The notes beneath the pieces are model-generated. The model ran no database searches, was not told the DNA's origin, and saw only the letters and a program-made list of their open reading frames with translations. Made by a program: the position numbers and the translations under genes. DNA of 64,000 nucleotides, taken from Pelomyxa schiedti (taxonomy: Eukaryota > Protista > Evosea). Of the stretch, positions 23,125 through 35,535 are shown in pieces. The stretch is from contig JAHLWZ010000805.1 of NCBI GenBank assembly GCA_020536535.1, positions 70,071-134,070 of the forward strand, written 5' to 3'. How positions within the stretch are numbered: the first letter of the stretch is position 1; each line of letters begins with the position of its first letter.

Positions 23125-26100
23125 ATGTACACCAGGGCAGTGCGGGTCGTGGATCTGGAGACATGTGACGGTGTTGGCTTCCACGTGGGTGCGGATACGG
23201 ATCTGGCGTTTTTACTGTTCAAGCCGGTGTCTTTCTTGTCGCGGCATATTTCCGGAAATGCTAAGATCTCCACGGCTGCACTGCTCACACGACATCACCC
23301 TATATTGTTTACGAACTACGCTCCTAAGGACGCTTCGTTGCGGTCATCGTCTTCGTTGGGATCTCCTTCTTCCAGAGCATTCAGAGCCTTGAAGTGGTGC
23401 GAACCTGGCTCGGGGTACCAGTGTTGCCCATTTTATGCGGAGTTGCGAGCTGATAGGCCTGGATTCTTCGAGTTTCGCGTTGTTTGCTCTTGTGAGTGCC
23501 CGTCAGAGGAACTGCTTAATGGGAGTGGAGTGGTGCTCTCCCGATTCTTTTTACATGTTGACGACGTAGCACCCGCACTGACTCTTTCGTCACTACCGGC
23601 TATTACTCCACCGCTCCTTGCCCCCAGAAGTAGTTCTGCAACACAACGAAGTTCTTCAAATGGATGCCCACTTGCAGGAATGTCTGTGCAAACACTTATA
23701 GTCAAGTGCCTTGGCATCCTGAGTTCCTGGCCACAGCATTTCAGAACTGCAGCTGCATGTGGCTACACTGCTGTACATTTCACCCCAATTCAGGTGAATT
23801 CCTTCTTTAATTTCTATCCCTGTAACAGCTTGACAATAGCCCCGTGGCAGCTCTGACTCTTCCTACTGCATTTGCGACCAGCTGGGCATTGAGCCACGAC
23901 TGTTTGAAGTACCCACTTCTGCAGAGGAACGATTTCAGGAAGTCGAGAAAATGTTGACAAAAGCAAGAGAGGAGTACAACCTCGTGCCTCTGGTCGATGT
24001 CTTATTAAGCCATACGGCAGAAAACACTCTGTGGTTATCTGATCACCCTGACGCTGGCTTTTCCTTGAACTCTGCCCCTCATCTCAAGGTTGCCTTCTTT
24101 GCTTTCAGAGGGATGACTAAACGTATGCAGAAAGCGTTTGTACTTGACACTGCCCTCAAGCAGTTTACACACAACATCAAATCTGGTGTTCATGGTAGTA
24201 TTGATATTAAAGTACCAGCAGACATTGACAATCTCATTGCACTTTTTGTTAGCCATTATCTACCAAAAATCCGTAAGCTCCCTTTTAACTTTGACAATTT
24301 ACATTTTCCAGGGCTTTGGGAATTCTATGTTTTAAATGCCAGGTTGGAAGTGGAAAATTTTTCCAAACTACATAGTCTAAACCATTTTTGTCATCCTCCT
24401 TCATCCCATTCAATTGGGGAAAAAACCCTTCAAGAGATACAAGGTCTCATTGTTCAGGTAACTGCTCTCTGATATTTTCCCTTTTATAACTCTCATTAGC
24501 ACCCGGGAAATGGTCGCTTCATGAGACATATTTCAAATGTTGAGGAAGCTATTAAAATTTGCCTCTCTGTTGAGGAATATGAAGAAGTTCTAAGCAAGCT
24601 CAACCTAGCATTGTACAGAGTCCTTTCTTAATCATACACTTACTTTGATCCATAGCTATCAAGAGTATGACTCTGACATTAAAGAAGCCATGAACAACTT
24701 ACGAAACCGTCTGGCTTATGACCACTTTGATCCAAATGGTTTTGTTGTTACCCACCCATACAATACAAAATGACAAAAAAAAAAGGTCCACATCATTCAA
24801 ACTTTCCCGTGATTCCACGGTATTTCAAGTTGATGTCTCCCACATCTCCATTTGACGTTAATCTTGTGGGTGATTTATCGGGTGTGATTGCACTTGCCCA
24901 CCATGGTTTGTACTTCCAGCAAAAAAATCCAAATTACTGAGCATTTTCCTTCCAGGCTGGGTTATGAATGGTGAACTTATTTTTGGCACTAATGATTAAT
25001 GAAGCTCACAACATCTAGATGATCCTGCTGTGGACTTTGCTGGTCCTCATCGAAAATGTTATTTGCACAGGCAAGTCAACGTGTGGGAGGTTTCTGACTC
25101 CAAATTTGGTTAAACAAGAATGATTAAAAAAAAGGATACAATCAAACTGCGTTATGGTGACTTCAACCCCCATGACAGCCAGCCACCATGGCTTTGGGAT
25201 CATATGGCCAAGTGATGAACAAACTTCAATAAAGATAACTGATAAACGTGCAGATATGTTACAGAAATGGCACAACTTTTCTCTGGATTTCGCATTGACA
25301 ACTGCCACAGCGTGCCACTAGAGGTTCTGCGGTTCTTGATTGCTCGTGCAAGGTCAGTGAGGCCAGATTTGATCATTCTTGCGGAACTGTTTTCTACATC
25401 TCCCGAGGCTTTCCAGGCGTAAGTTTCAGGCACCAAAATGTCCGTCTCAAATCTATCAGCTATACAGGATCAATTGGTATTCATGGAATCCTGAAAGAAG
25501 GGACCCATTACCAATTACCAACTGCCATGTCTCATCTGTTGTTTGAAAGTGGAGGAGCACTCCTTGGTTTTGAAACAAATCACCTAATATATTCTCTAAC
25601 GGTTTTGCAGGCCCGATGGGACAGCCACAAGAAAACTTTGGACCCAACCCCGCAAAACCCTATCCTGTTAAAGGTATGTTCTCTTAACTTTACTCCATTG
25701 ACACATCATATAATAGGATGGGTCTTTGACCTTACACATGACAATCCACCTGTATATCCTTCGACAAATTGTACAGTTTCACCCAGCCACTTTCAATCTT
25801 ATCTAATCGTTACAGGTCTCGCTTTGGCTGCGGCTGTTTGCATGAGCAACAGTGTTACAGGTCTGAGTGCATGACGTATGACTATTCTTATCTTCCTTCA
25901 AAGGCTCTACAAGAGGATTTGATGAACTGTTTCCTTTCCATGTGAATGTTGTCACAGAGAAAAGACTCTATGCAATGTATGATTGGGATTTGAGTTCCAC
26001 AGAGTGGCCAGGAATAACTTTAGCCAAAACATATTTTAATGTTTTACATAATCAGTTAGCTATCTCTGGGTATGTTGTGGAACAATGCAGTTTCCCGTTA

Positions 26101-29100
26101 AGACTTCATAGATTTTCTGAAATGTATTCCTCACATGTCGGACCTCTTGTAAGTCTCGTGAGACATAACCCTCTCTCTCTGGAATCAGTCCACATGATCA
26201 CCTATCCATCTGTGGGTGGTATTGCAGACCAATTGCCAACTGTGGAAGTCTTAGGGTTAGCCAAAAAAATGGATGTTTTCCTCACAACTAACCCTCGAAG
26301 TGAGATATTCGAGGTTTTATTTGTTGGCACACTTACAGCTGTCCATTCATCTCAAAGCTTCTTTACAAGCTCCAGCACAATGTATGGCTGTAAGTGTGAT
26401 TTTACTTTCGACACCAATGTCAAGCTTCCCGTTAACTCCTACATGACACTCACGTCAATACCAGGATCCTACTCTTGTACCCTCAGGTTGTTATCCCGTT
26501 TTTGTAGCTTGGTTTTCACCCTAAACACATAGCCTTCGAAACTTCCCTCCTGGGAGCGCAATTTGTTTCAAGTCCAGACCTCCTCCAAACACGGCAGTGG
26601 CTCTTTCTAAACTCGGTGCTCTTCTTAAGGAGTGTGATACTCCCGCAACACTTTTTTCTGGTCTTGATTTGACTTCGATGAATTCTCTTCTGTTCCATTG
26701 CAAGGAAGAGGAAGAGGCAGAAACTACATTTGTAAGTATGGAATACAGGTGCATGAGACAATTTACCTCTATGTGCAGGGTCCCTACGAAATTCCTGATT
26801 ATGGAAAATTAACATTCTGTGGCATACAAGGCTGGATGGTATGAGGGCGACTTTTCTTAAAATATTTAACATATAAAGTCGGTTATTTCATCGATTACTA
26901 CAAAATTCCCAATGGACATGGGCCATCCTCTCCTAGAAAATTTAAGGAAGGGGGACTGGCCTCTGGACTACACTACAAACAGGTACTGGGTTTTCATGCA
27001 AAACAACTGTTTTCTGGTGAAACTTAGAGTCCATAACAGGCTCAACAAGTATAGAGACCTCCACGCAGTAGCTTCATGGTCGGAGGGAGTTATGGATACA
27101 ATCAAGTTGTTGCCACGATTTTTGATTCCCAAATTTTTTTGTTTGGCTATCTCTGCCCTCTACAGGTATAACCTCACGCATATCTTAAACTAACCCTGGA
27201 ACAGAGCAGCAATTGACTACACAATATCTCAAATGAGCTCTTTTGTACGCAAATCCCCGAGTTTTGTTCAAAGCCTTGCCCTTTCCTCTGTGCAAGTTCT
27301 GAGTTGTCTTCAATCCACACCTCTTGTTTCCCCAAAAATTTTGCCCGCACTTTCTCGTGCACCTTCTTTAGCTGCCGGGTTGCCTCACTTCTCGTATGCA
27401 CTCATTTTATGGATTACGGAAACCGTTCCCTAATTCTCACGCAGTGTTGGTTACATGCGAAATTGGGGCAGAGATACCTTTATTTCTGTACCTGGTCTAA
27501 TGCTAGTTACAGGCCGATTCAAGTGTGGAAGAACTCTACTCTCATATTGACCAAATTAATGCCAAATACAGTGAGGCGCGAGATATACTCCTTACATATG
27601 CCAGTAGTGTCCGCCATGGTCTTGTGCCGAACTTATTAGATTCCGGTGTTAAGTACTGCGGTTTTGAATTCTGGTTTTTACTCACTCTGAACTTAGACCT
27701 CGCTACAATTCAAGGGATGCGACATGGTGGTTTTTGAGTTCACTGATGGGTAAGTGTTTTCTTTCTGTCGATCCAGGATCAAATAATACTAGACTACTGT
27801 GAGATGGCACCTGCAGGATATGAAATTTTCCAGCAACCCATCACGAGACTGTTTCCTCACGGTCCTTCCGCTTTAAGGTGAACACGATCTTGGATCCGCT
27901 TTCTCACTCCTCTTAGGTGCACCTTGGCTGACGTGATCCAAGAAATCCTCACATCACATGCAAATGGCATTCATTTCCGTGAGGTTTTTTCTCGGCGATT
28001 GCTGGCTTTCTCTCACATTCACTGCACATAGATTGGAGCAGGCCCTGACATAGACAAAACCATGCAAGACGAGGGCTTTATTGTTGACATACATCTCGAC
28101 TCTTCTACGGGCTTTATATTCGGCGGGAACCAACACAATTGCGGGTTTTCCTCTACACACTTTTCCTGAGTGATACATTGTTCCTCAATCCAGAACATGG
28201 ATGGACAAAATGGGGGAATCTCATCGAGCAAAGAACTTTGGAATTCCTGCCACTCCCCGAGATGGTGCCGCCATTGAAATTATTGCACTCCTTTATAAGT
28301 TTCTGGCCATTCCTTTTTATGCTATCCGAATTGATTTCTCTCATAGGACCGTAAGTAAGTTGGCCCAATTTCACAAAGTTGGTAAATATCCAAGTGCCGG
28401 GGTTGTTATTGGCCACGAGGAGAACCTCTCTTTCGCGTCCTGGAGTTCACTTATTTTTGCTAATTTCCACAGGCATTGCTCTCTTCTTTTCCCGTTCTAA
28501 ACGTGTTTTAGACATTTCTATATACCACTTGCCCCATCTAATGACAAGGACTTCGTGATCGACAAAACTCTGGTTCACAGAAGAGGAGTGAGCCACCCTT
28601 TTCACTGGTGACTTTTAATTTTCTTCAGATTTACAAGGACACCTTGAAGTCTTCAATAAAGTGGGCAGATTATCAACTGCGGCCGAATATGGCAGTTGCA
28701 ATGAGTGTGGTGCGGTAGTGGAAAGATCAATCAATTTGATAACAAGTACTTTAGGCTCCAGATTTGTTCCGCGCTCACCAACCAGAGTGTGAACATGCCT
28801 TAGAAGTAGTTTCCTCTCTTCTTGTGGGACCCCTTGGCATGAGGACCTTGGATCCTGCTGACTGGGCTTACCGACCCAACTACACAATGGATGACACAGA
28901 AGACTTCCACACTTCAAAGGGATTCAATTACCATCAGGGACCTGTCTGTATTCCCTTGGTCACTATCTCCTCATTTACAAGCACGCAGGAGTGGCTGTGG
29001 CCGTTTGGACATTTCCTCAAAGCACTCGTTTTACACAAGAGATATGCTTCTCTCTCTGAAATGAAAAGTCACATCCTCACACTTCTTGGGCCCCACATTA

Positions 29101-29338
29101 AATGTACAACCGATTGCAACCTCGTAAAGTTACACTACTAATTCACGATCCAGGCATTTCCGAAAGTCCGTGGTCCTCCTTGCCGGAACTGACAAATCTG
29201 AACGGAAGCACGTGTCACTCTGGCTGCCCAGCCCAGGTTCACCACAACACCCCAATCTCAACCAATCTAATCCATCAAAAGGCGTGGTCGTGTGCCTGCA
29301 TGCTCGAGGCACTTTACGCCATGTACAGCGCGTCATAA
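23125..29338 (+). CDS. AGL: Glycogen debranching enzyme (amylo-alpha-1,6-glucosidase/4-alpha-glucanotransferase)
   Basis: Motifs [20 protein letters not shown] (nucleophile Asp), ILAELFS (acid/base Glu), [37 protein letters not shown] and the terminal QAWS; many short introns. Confidence 0.95.
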
Positions 29339-29522
29339 ACTCTTCCCATCTGGTTACGAAAGACAGAACGTTTGTAACTAAAAACAAAGTTGGGAACCTG
29401 CCTCTCTGGGTTTTGATTTTGTGAAGGAACATTCTTCGCTGCAGGAGAAAACAACCGGGTTTTTAGCGATACGGAAAAAAGGCACAAGAAAACAAACAAA
29501 GAAAAAGCTTCGGAAGACACGA

Positions 29523-30058
29523 ATGAAAGTTATCGTCTTGTTCGTCCTCGTTCTTGCCTTCGTAGCAAGCACTTACGCAGCCACATGCAACCCCAACCCG
29601 GTCTATTTCTTGCGTTTTGTTTTTTTTTCATGCTTTTCTAACCTTTTCTCAGTGTGGGAGCGCAGCGTACACCGACGTTCGTACGGCCTCTTTTCTTTTC
29701 TTCTTTGTTTGACTCCCACTTTAGCTACTGCGTGCAAGAAGTACACGACGTGGAATCAGGCGAACTGCCAATGCATTGCGAATCACGAAAGCAGCGGCAA
29801 CTACCACGCTTGCAACAACGTACGGCTTTTTTCCCCCCTCCCCGCCCCTCGCTCACTTGTGTTCAGAATACCAACGGGAGCCTCGACATAGGACTGTGGC
29901 AAATCAATGACGGCAACTGGGCATCATGCAGCGGAGGTTCTGCTCCTTGCACCGTCGATACCAACCTCAAGTGCGCGGAGTTGGTCTACCAATGGGGTAG
30001 TTACACATGGAAATACTGGTCGACATGCAGCACTTGCGGCTGCTGCAACTCCGCTTAA
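29523..30058 (+). CDS. Secreted c-type (GH22-like) lysozyme
   Basis: Signal peptide MKVIVLFVLVLAFVASTYA, then CIANHESSGNYHACN(N)-NTNGSLDIGLWQINDGNW...NLKCAELV...WKYWSTC. The catalytic Glu (HES) and Asp (NGSLD) are in lysozyme-c positions; two introns. Confidence 0.75.
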
Positions 30059-30116
30059 AACGTACTCTCGAGGTCCTAACTGTGATGTGACACAAAGAAA
30101 ATAGAATCTCCCTTTT

Positions 30117-31103
30117 TTAAACAAACGTGTTCAGTTTCGAAGTGAGCCACATTTTGAAAGCGGTAGCCAATGTTGTGGACACAAAAGCAACAGAAATTGC
30201 TTTGAGAGCCAACGTACCTGGTTTCTTCCCGTACGTGGAGATAACTGATGACAGTAATTCACAAATAAGGGCAGGGTAATTCACACCATAAAGAGCAATT
30301 GCCATGGAAATCAACGAGTGAACACGCACAAACCAAAGAAGGGAGCTGGCACTGTTCCAAACAATCGTAAGAAATAAGAGCAGCTTGGGAAATGAAGTCA
30401 TAACACAAGCACCAATAACTCTGGGTAATCTATAATGGTTACATAGGAATAGAAAAACCTAGTCACCTCACCGCTCAAGATCACATAGAAAAATGGCAGT
30501 GAGAAGGACAACTGCAAGTATGAAAATACAGAACTCAGAAACTACTTCAATAGCCCTCAAGGAGAATCTAATTGGTGATGGTCAAAACAAAGCCCTTAGA
30601 ACCTCCAAGTTTACTGTGATGAGCCCCCAGGAGCAGAAATATCTTTAAAAAGAGGTCAGGGTTAATTCAAGAGTTAATATTTGAGTACATACAGGCCTCA
30701 AGGAGGAGAGAAGGCACTAATATTTGGAGGCAAAAGGCCTTTTTTTTGGTAAATTACGTCTACACGTCGAGGCACATATACTTATATGAAAACACACCAC
30801 AACGTACTTTGTCGTCAACGCATTCAGCAGGGCGTGCCTCCAGGCTTGGACCTTCATCAGCGAGATGTCAGTCCACAGCAGCACACTGTCAAACTCAAGG
30901 TACTTATCCACCAGCTGCTTGCACTCACACTGGCAACTATGGGTCGAAACAAAAAAAAAAAAGAAAAAAAAGTGGGGTCGCAAGGCACTCACGCAACGGG
31001 ACATCCTGATGCTGCCCATGTGGTATACCTCGTATGCTGTGCTGTTGGCCGCTCCACACCCCACACACCAACATGATTCGCCCTGTACCCCCTCGACTGG
31101 CAT
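30117..31103 (-). CDS. ARV1: Arv1-like lipid homeostasis membrane protein
   Basis: Arv1 homology domain CVGCG...AYEVYHMGSIRMSRC-ECKQLVDKYLEFDSVLLWTDISLMKVQAWRHALLN, followed by TM exons. Confidence 0.85.
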
Positions 31104-31236
31104 TTATGAGGTTTCTGAGCTCCCCAGTCCCACTTACAGGGGATTTGATCGATCGTTTTTTCGCCCCCCTCAGTTGCACCGGCCACAATCACACTAATTA
31201 CGATCTGTTGTAGACCATACACCCTACGTAGTAGCC

Positions 31237-34200
31237 ATGTTTCGGAAACTAAGGACAGGAGACGCCGCCGACGCGGGCGGGAACACCGCGGGGCTCTGGA
31301 AGATAGTCAAGAAGCGCAAGTGCTCGCGCTGCGGCTCGGACGACCACGAGGCCCACGCGTGCACGCTCCCGTGGTCCGCCGCCCGCAAGCAGCGCGACCG
31401 CGCCATGTTCGAGGCCCGGCAGACCGACTGGCGGGCCCACACCATAACCACCCTCTCCGCCGCCAAGGCCGGCGGGGCCCGCGCCGTCGCCGCGGCCGCC
31501 TCGTCCACGGGCGGCCGGGGGGCCAGCGGGGGAGGGGCCGCCCGCCGGGAGCAAGAGGAGGAGGAGGGGGAGGAGGCTGCCGAGGGGGGCGGCTCCAGGC
31601 CGGCGCCGCGCTGCCTGCGGTGCAACGAGCTGGGGCACTGGGCGTGGAAGTGCCCGCTGGTGAGGCAGCAGGCGACCAAGAAGCAGACGTGGCGCTGCGC
31701 CCTGTGCCACGCCACCGGCCACAGCGCGGACGAGTGCACGGTGACCGCGCTGCGCAAGGCCGCCAAGGGCGGCGAGCGCGCCCTCGCCGAGTTCAGGCAG
31801 AAGCAGGCCCTCGCCGAGGAGCAGGCCAGGAAAAAGACAGCCGCCGAGGACGGCTTGGTGGAGAAAATTATTATGTCTTCTGCTGCTGCTGCTGCTGCGC
31901 AGGCCAAGTCTCAGCCTCAGGCACAGGAAACTACGCAGGAGCAGGCACAGGCACCGAAGAAAGGTAAAAAGGGCAAAAAGGAGCAGCTGTGCCGGAGTTG
32001 CGGGAAACCAGGGCACATATCGAGGGACTGCTTGGAGGCTGCATTGAAGGCTTCCACTCCTGCTGCTTCCGAGAGCGGCGAGCCTGGTGCGCGTCAGGAT
32101 GCTCAGAACGAGTTCCAGCTTCCGCAGAACCAATGGGGCAACATTGGTGGCAAGGGATGGGGGTGGACCGGAAAGTTCTGCACCAGGTGCAACCAATTTG
32201 GCCACTCTAGCAGTGCCTGCCTTGGTGGAAAGTTGCTGGACAGATTCGAGGTTTCTCACCTGAAAAGCAGGATCGAGGCTGAATGCCCTCCAAAGGGGGT
32301 ATCCTAATGCCCAAAACATATTCCTGCACTCATTTTTACATAGATAAACCCTCTTTTGTATGAAGCCGAAACTATTGTGTCTACTGGAGAGGTTTACTTT
32401 CCTCGGGCAACAACATTTATGGAAATGCCTCTGTCTATGAAAACCCAAATAGGTCAGTACTTCCCCAGTAGTAAGTACATGTCTCACACTTCTCAGCACT
32501 TGCTGAATACAACTACGTCGTCATGACCCCAATTCAACGGGCCTCTCTTCCTCATTCCTTGGCTGGGAGGGATATTCTCGGTGCTGCAAAAACAGGTACT
32601 CATTCAGCCTGCCCACTGGGGGTAATTATTGATAGGCTCTGGTAAAACTCTTGCTTTTGTCATACCACTTCTTGAAACTCTGTTTCGCATACACTGGAAC
32701 CAAACTGATGGACTAGGTGCATTAATCCTTGCCCCAACTCGAGAACTTGTATGTAATTTATTCTTTCAACAGGAAATTCTAACCGTTGAGTAGGCTACAC
32801 AAACAAACAACATCGTGCGCCGTGTAGGACGCCGTCACACATTTAACTCAGGCTGCCTTATTGGTGGAAGTGCGGGATATCGTTATGAAAATGCCTTTGT
32901 TTCCTCTGTCGCTATTCTGACTGCTACTCCTGGAAGAATATTGCACCACCTTGAAGCTGCATATGGATTGACCCCCCAAAATTTAAAATTCCTTGGTGTG
33001 CTGCCTTCACTTTTATTAAAATATTAAGTCAAAAATTCACAGACCTCTACAAAACATACAGTTATCGACGAGTGTGACTTGATGCTCGACATGGGATTTG
33101 CTCAGCAGCTCAATTCTATTTTATCACATATACCAAAAAGCCGTCAGACTTTATTGTTCTCTGCTACTCAGACAAAATCTTTGAGAGACATTGCTCGTGT
33201 TAGTCTTAATGTACGGTACATAACATTGTCATACCCTATAACAAGTCTCCAGGAACCTGAATATATTTCTGTTGATGAAACGTCTTCCTCTCGGACACCT
33301 GACAAATTACAACAAATTGCCGTTTTCGTGGAGTTTCATAAGAAGTTCAACACGTTTGCTGATTTTGCCAAACGGCACTCTGATATGAAAATGCTACTAT
33401 TTGTAGCAACATGCAAGCAAGTACGTAGAAATAGCAAAACCGAAACGTGCACTTATCTTTCTCAGGCTAAATACTTTTCTGCCTTGTCAAGTAAGATAAA
33501 GGCTGTTTCCAGCAGCTTTTGTCTCACCAGCAAACTCAACCAAGAGAAACGGCTCGATGTTATATATGAATTTGGCAAGAAAACCAAAGGTAGCTCACAA
33601 TTTTTCCCCAGTCCTACTCCCAAATCCTAGGCGTTCTGTGGACTACAGAATTGGCTGCTCGTGGACTGGATATTACAGGAGTTGATTGGATCATTAATTT
33701 TGATTGCCCAGACACTGTGGAATCCTACATTCATAGAGTTGGAAGAACAGCACGGTAATTCTTCCTACCAATTACCACCTTACCCAATGGATATAAAGGT
33801 ACACAGCATCTGGCCAAGCCATGCTATTCCTTTCTCCAAAAGAGTCCCTATTTTTGGATAAACTTGTCGAAGCTCAAGTTCCAATTCAGACAGTTCATAT
33901 AAACCCAACCAAGCAATCTGACATTAAGGAACTAATAATTTCGTGCTGCATGCAGCATCACGGGTTCGCAAAGATGGCGAAGAGTGTATCTTTCAACATT
34001 ATGTTAGAGCTATCTCAACAATACCTAGGCTTACACTGCATATGTCCGATCACTCTACATGCGCTACCACAAAACATTTTTCTCCACAATAAACTTGCAC
34101 GATTTGGCTGCAAGTATGGGGTTACCTGATCCTCCTACCATCAGCCTTGAAGATGTAATCTGCAACTACCCACTACCTCTCCCTGGGTGCTTACTTTGAT

Positions 34201-35369
34201 TTAGGTATTATCTAAAAAGCCTAAAAATGAGACAAGGCAGGAGCAAATCAACATAAACTTACTTGAACCTACAGCACCAAAGGCATTTCCCAGTGCTTCT
34301 TTACCCCAAAAACAATTAACAAATTCAAAAAAAGGAAACAAGTCGCAAACGCCCCAAAGCTACGTCTTCATGTGCCCCACAATACTTCATGGGGGAGTGG
34401 GAAGACCCCGAGATTCTAAAGGCACAACCCACTCAGGCTAAACCTCGTGCCCGTCCACTCCTACAACCACGAGCTGCTATTGGAGAGTTATCGTTTGAAG
34501 CCGGAGGCCTTTTGAAACCCTCCACCACGCCAGACCCCATTCTACCGAACCTTGGGCAGGTATTTGGAAACAGGAAGAGGCCACCCAAGGAATTCGAAGG
34601 GAAGCACATACTCCTAAGTAAGTACTTACTTCCATTACCAACAAATAAAATCGAAACAAACAAAACAAAACACAAAACCAAACATTCCACAGATGAGCCA
34701 ACAGTTGGAGAGGAGGAGGAAGAAGATGGCATCGGGAAGTCTGCGCCCGAGTCAGAACACTTGGACCCCGCGAACGACCTTCTCGTGCAGTTCTTCCAGC
34801 ACGGCACAGTGACCGCGCCCGACTCATCGTCGTCGAGAAAGGCCGCCGCCGCCGCCGCCGCACGGGACGGGCTCGGCAAGGTCTCCACGCCCCGAGGAGG
34901 GGAATCGGCAGCAGAGAGCGGCCAAGGCGAAGGCGGAGGCGCGGGGCCGAGGACCGTGGAGCAGGACATGCTGTCGTTCTACGCCAGGATACGGGCGCAG
35001 ATCGACGACGAGGACACGGAGGACAAGGGCAGGGAGAGGGAGCACCTGCGGCAGCAGCGGCTCAAGCGCAAGCTCAAGAGGGAGGGCAAGACCCTGTTCG
35101 GCAAGGACGACGTGGACGACACCGCCGTAGCTGGCAACGTGATCATCCGAGACGAAGGAGAACAAGGTGGAGAAGCAGAAGAAGAATCATCTGCCAGAGT
35201 CAACGCAGGAGACTACGACGTGGTCGTGGAGCCGCTGTCTGCTGACCTGGAACCAGAAGCTACTACTACGACTACTTCTACAACGAGGTCCTCTTCTGCG
35301 TCCACGGCAACAAAGGACAGTGACTGGGAGTATGAGTGGGAAGAAAAAGATGCAAGTGAGTACCATTGA
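31237..35369 (+). CDS. DDX10/Dbp4-like DEAD-box RNA helicase with five N-terminal CCHC zinc knuckles
   Basis: Five C-x2-C-x4-H-x4-C motifs lie in ORF 31237..32307. After intron 32299-32343 come [61 protein letters not shown] and [10 protein letters not shown]. The 3' end may include one more intron. Confidence 0.8.
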
Positions 35370-35535
35370 AAAGCTTCACCAGAGTACCAACAAAAAAGCA
35401 AACAAAAAGAAATGTTGGTTGCCTTGACACTTCTTTTTTCAAGAAAACGATATTGACACAGTTGTTTTTACTTCCTCTTTGAGTTTGAGTTGACTGACAA
35501 CCAGCAACTCTCCAGCACAAAAAAAAACCTATTTA

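Noticed and set aside
31249-32499. Long antisense and alternative-frame ORFs (e.g. 416 aa here; also 17813..18652, 9829..10491, 5016..5591 and those opposite 46588..50904)
   Set aside because: They overlap well-supported genes in GC-rich or repetitive coding sequence where stops are depleted, and they contain no recognisable motifs.
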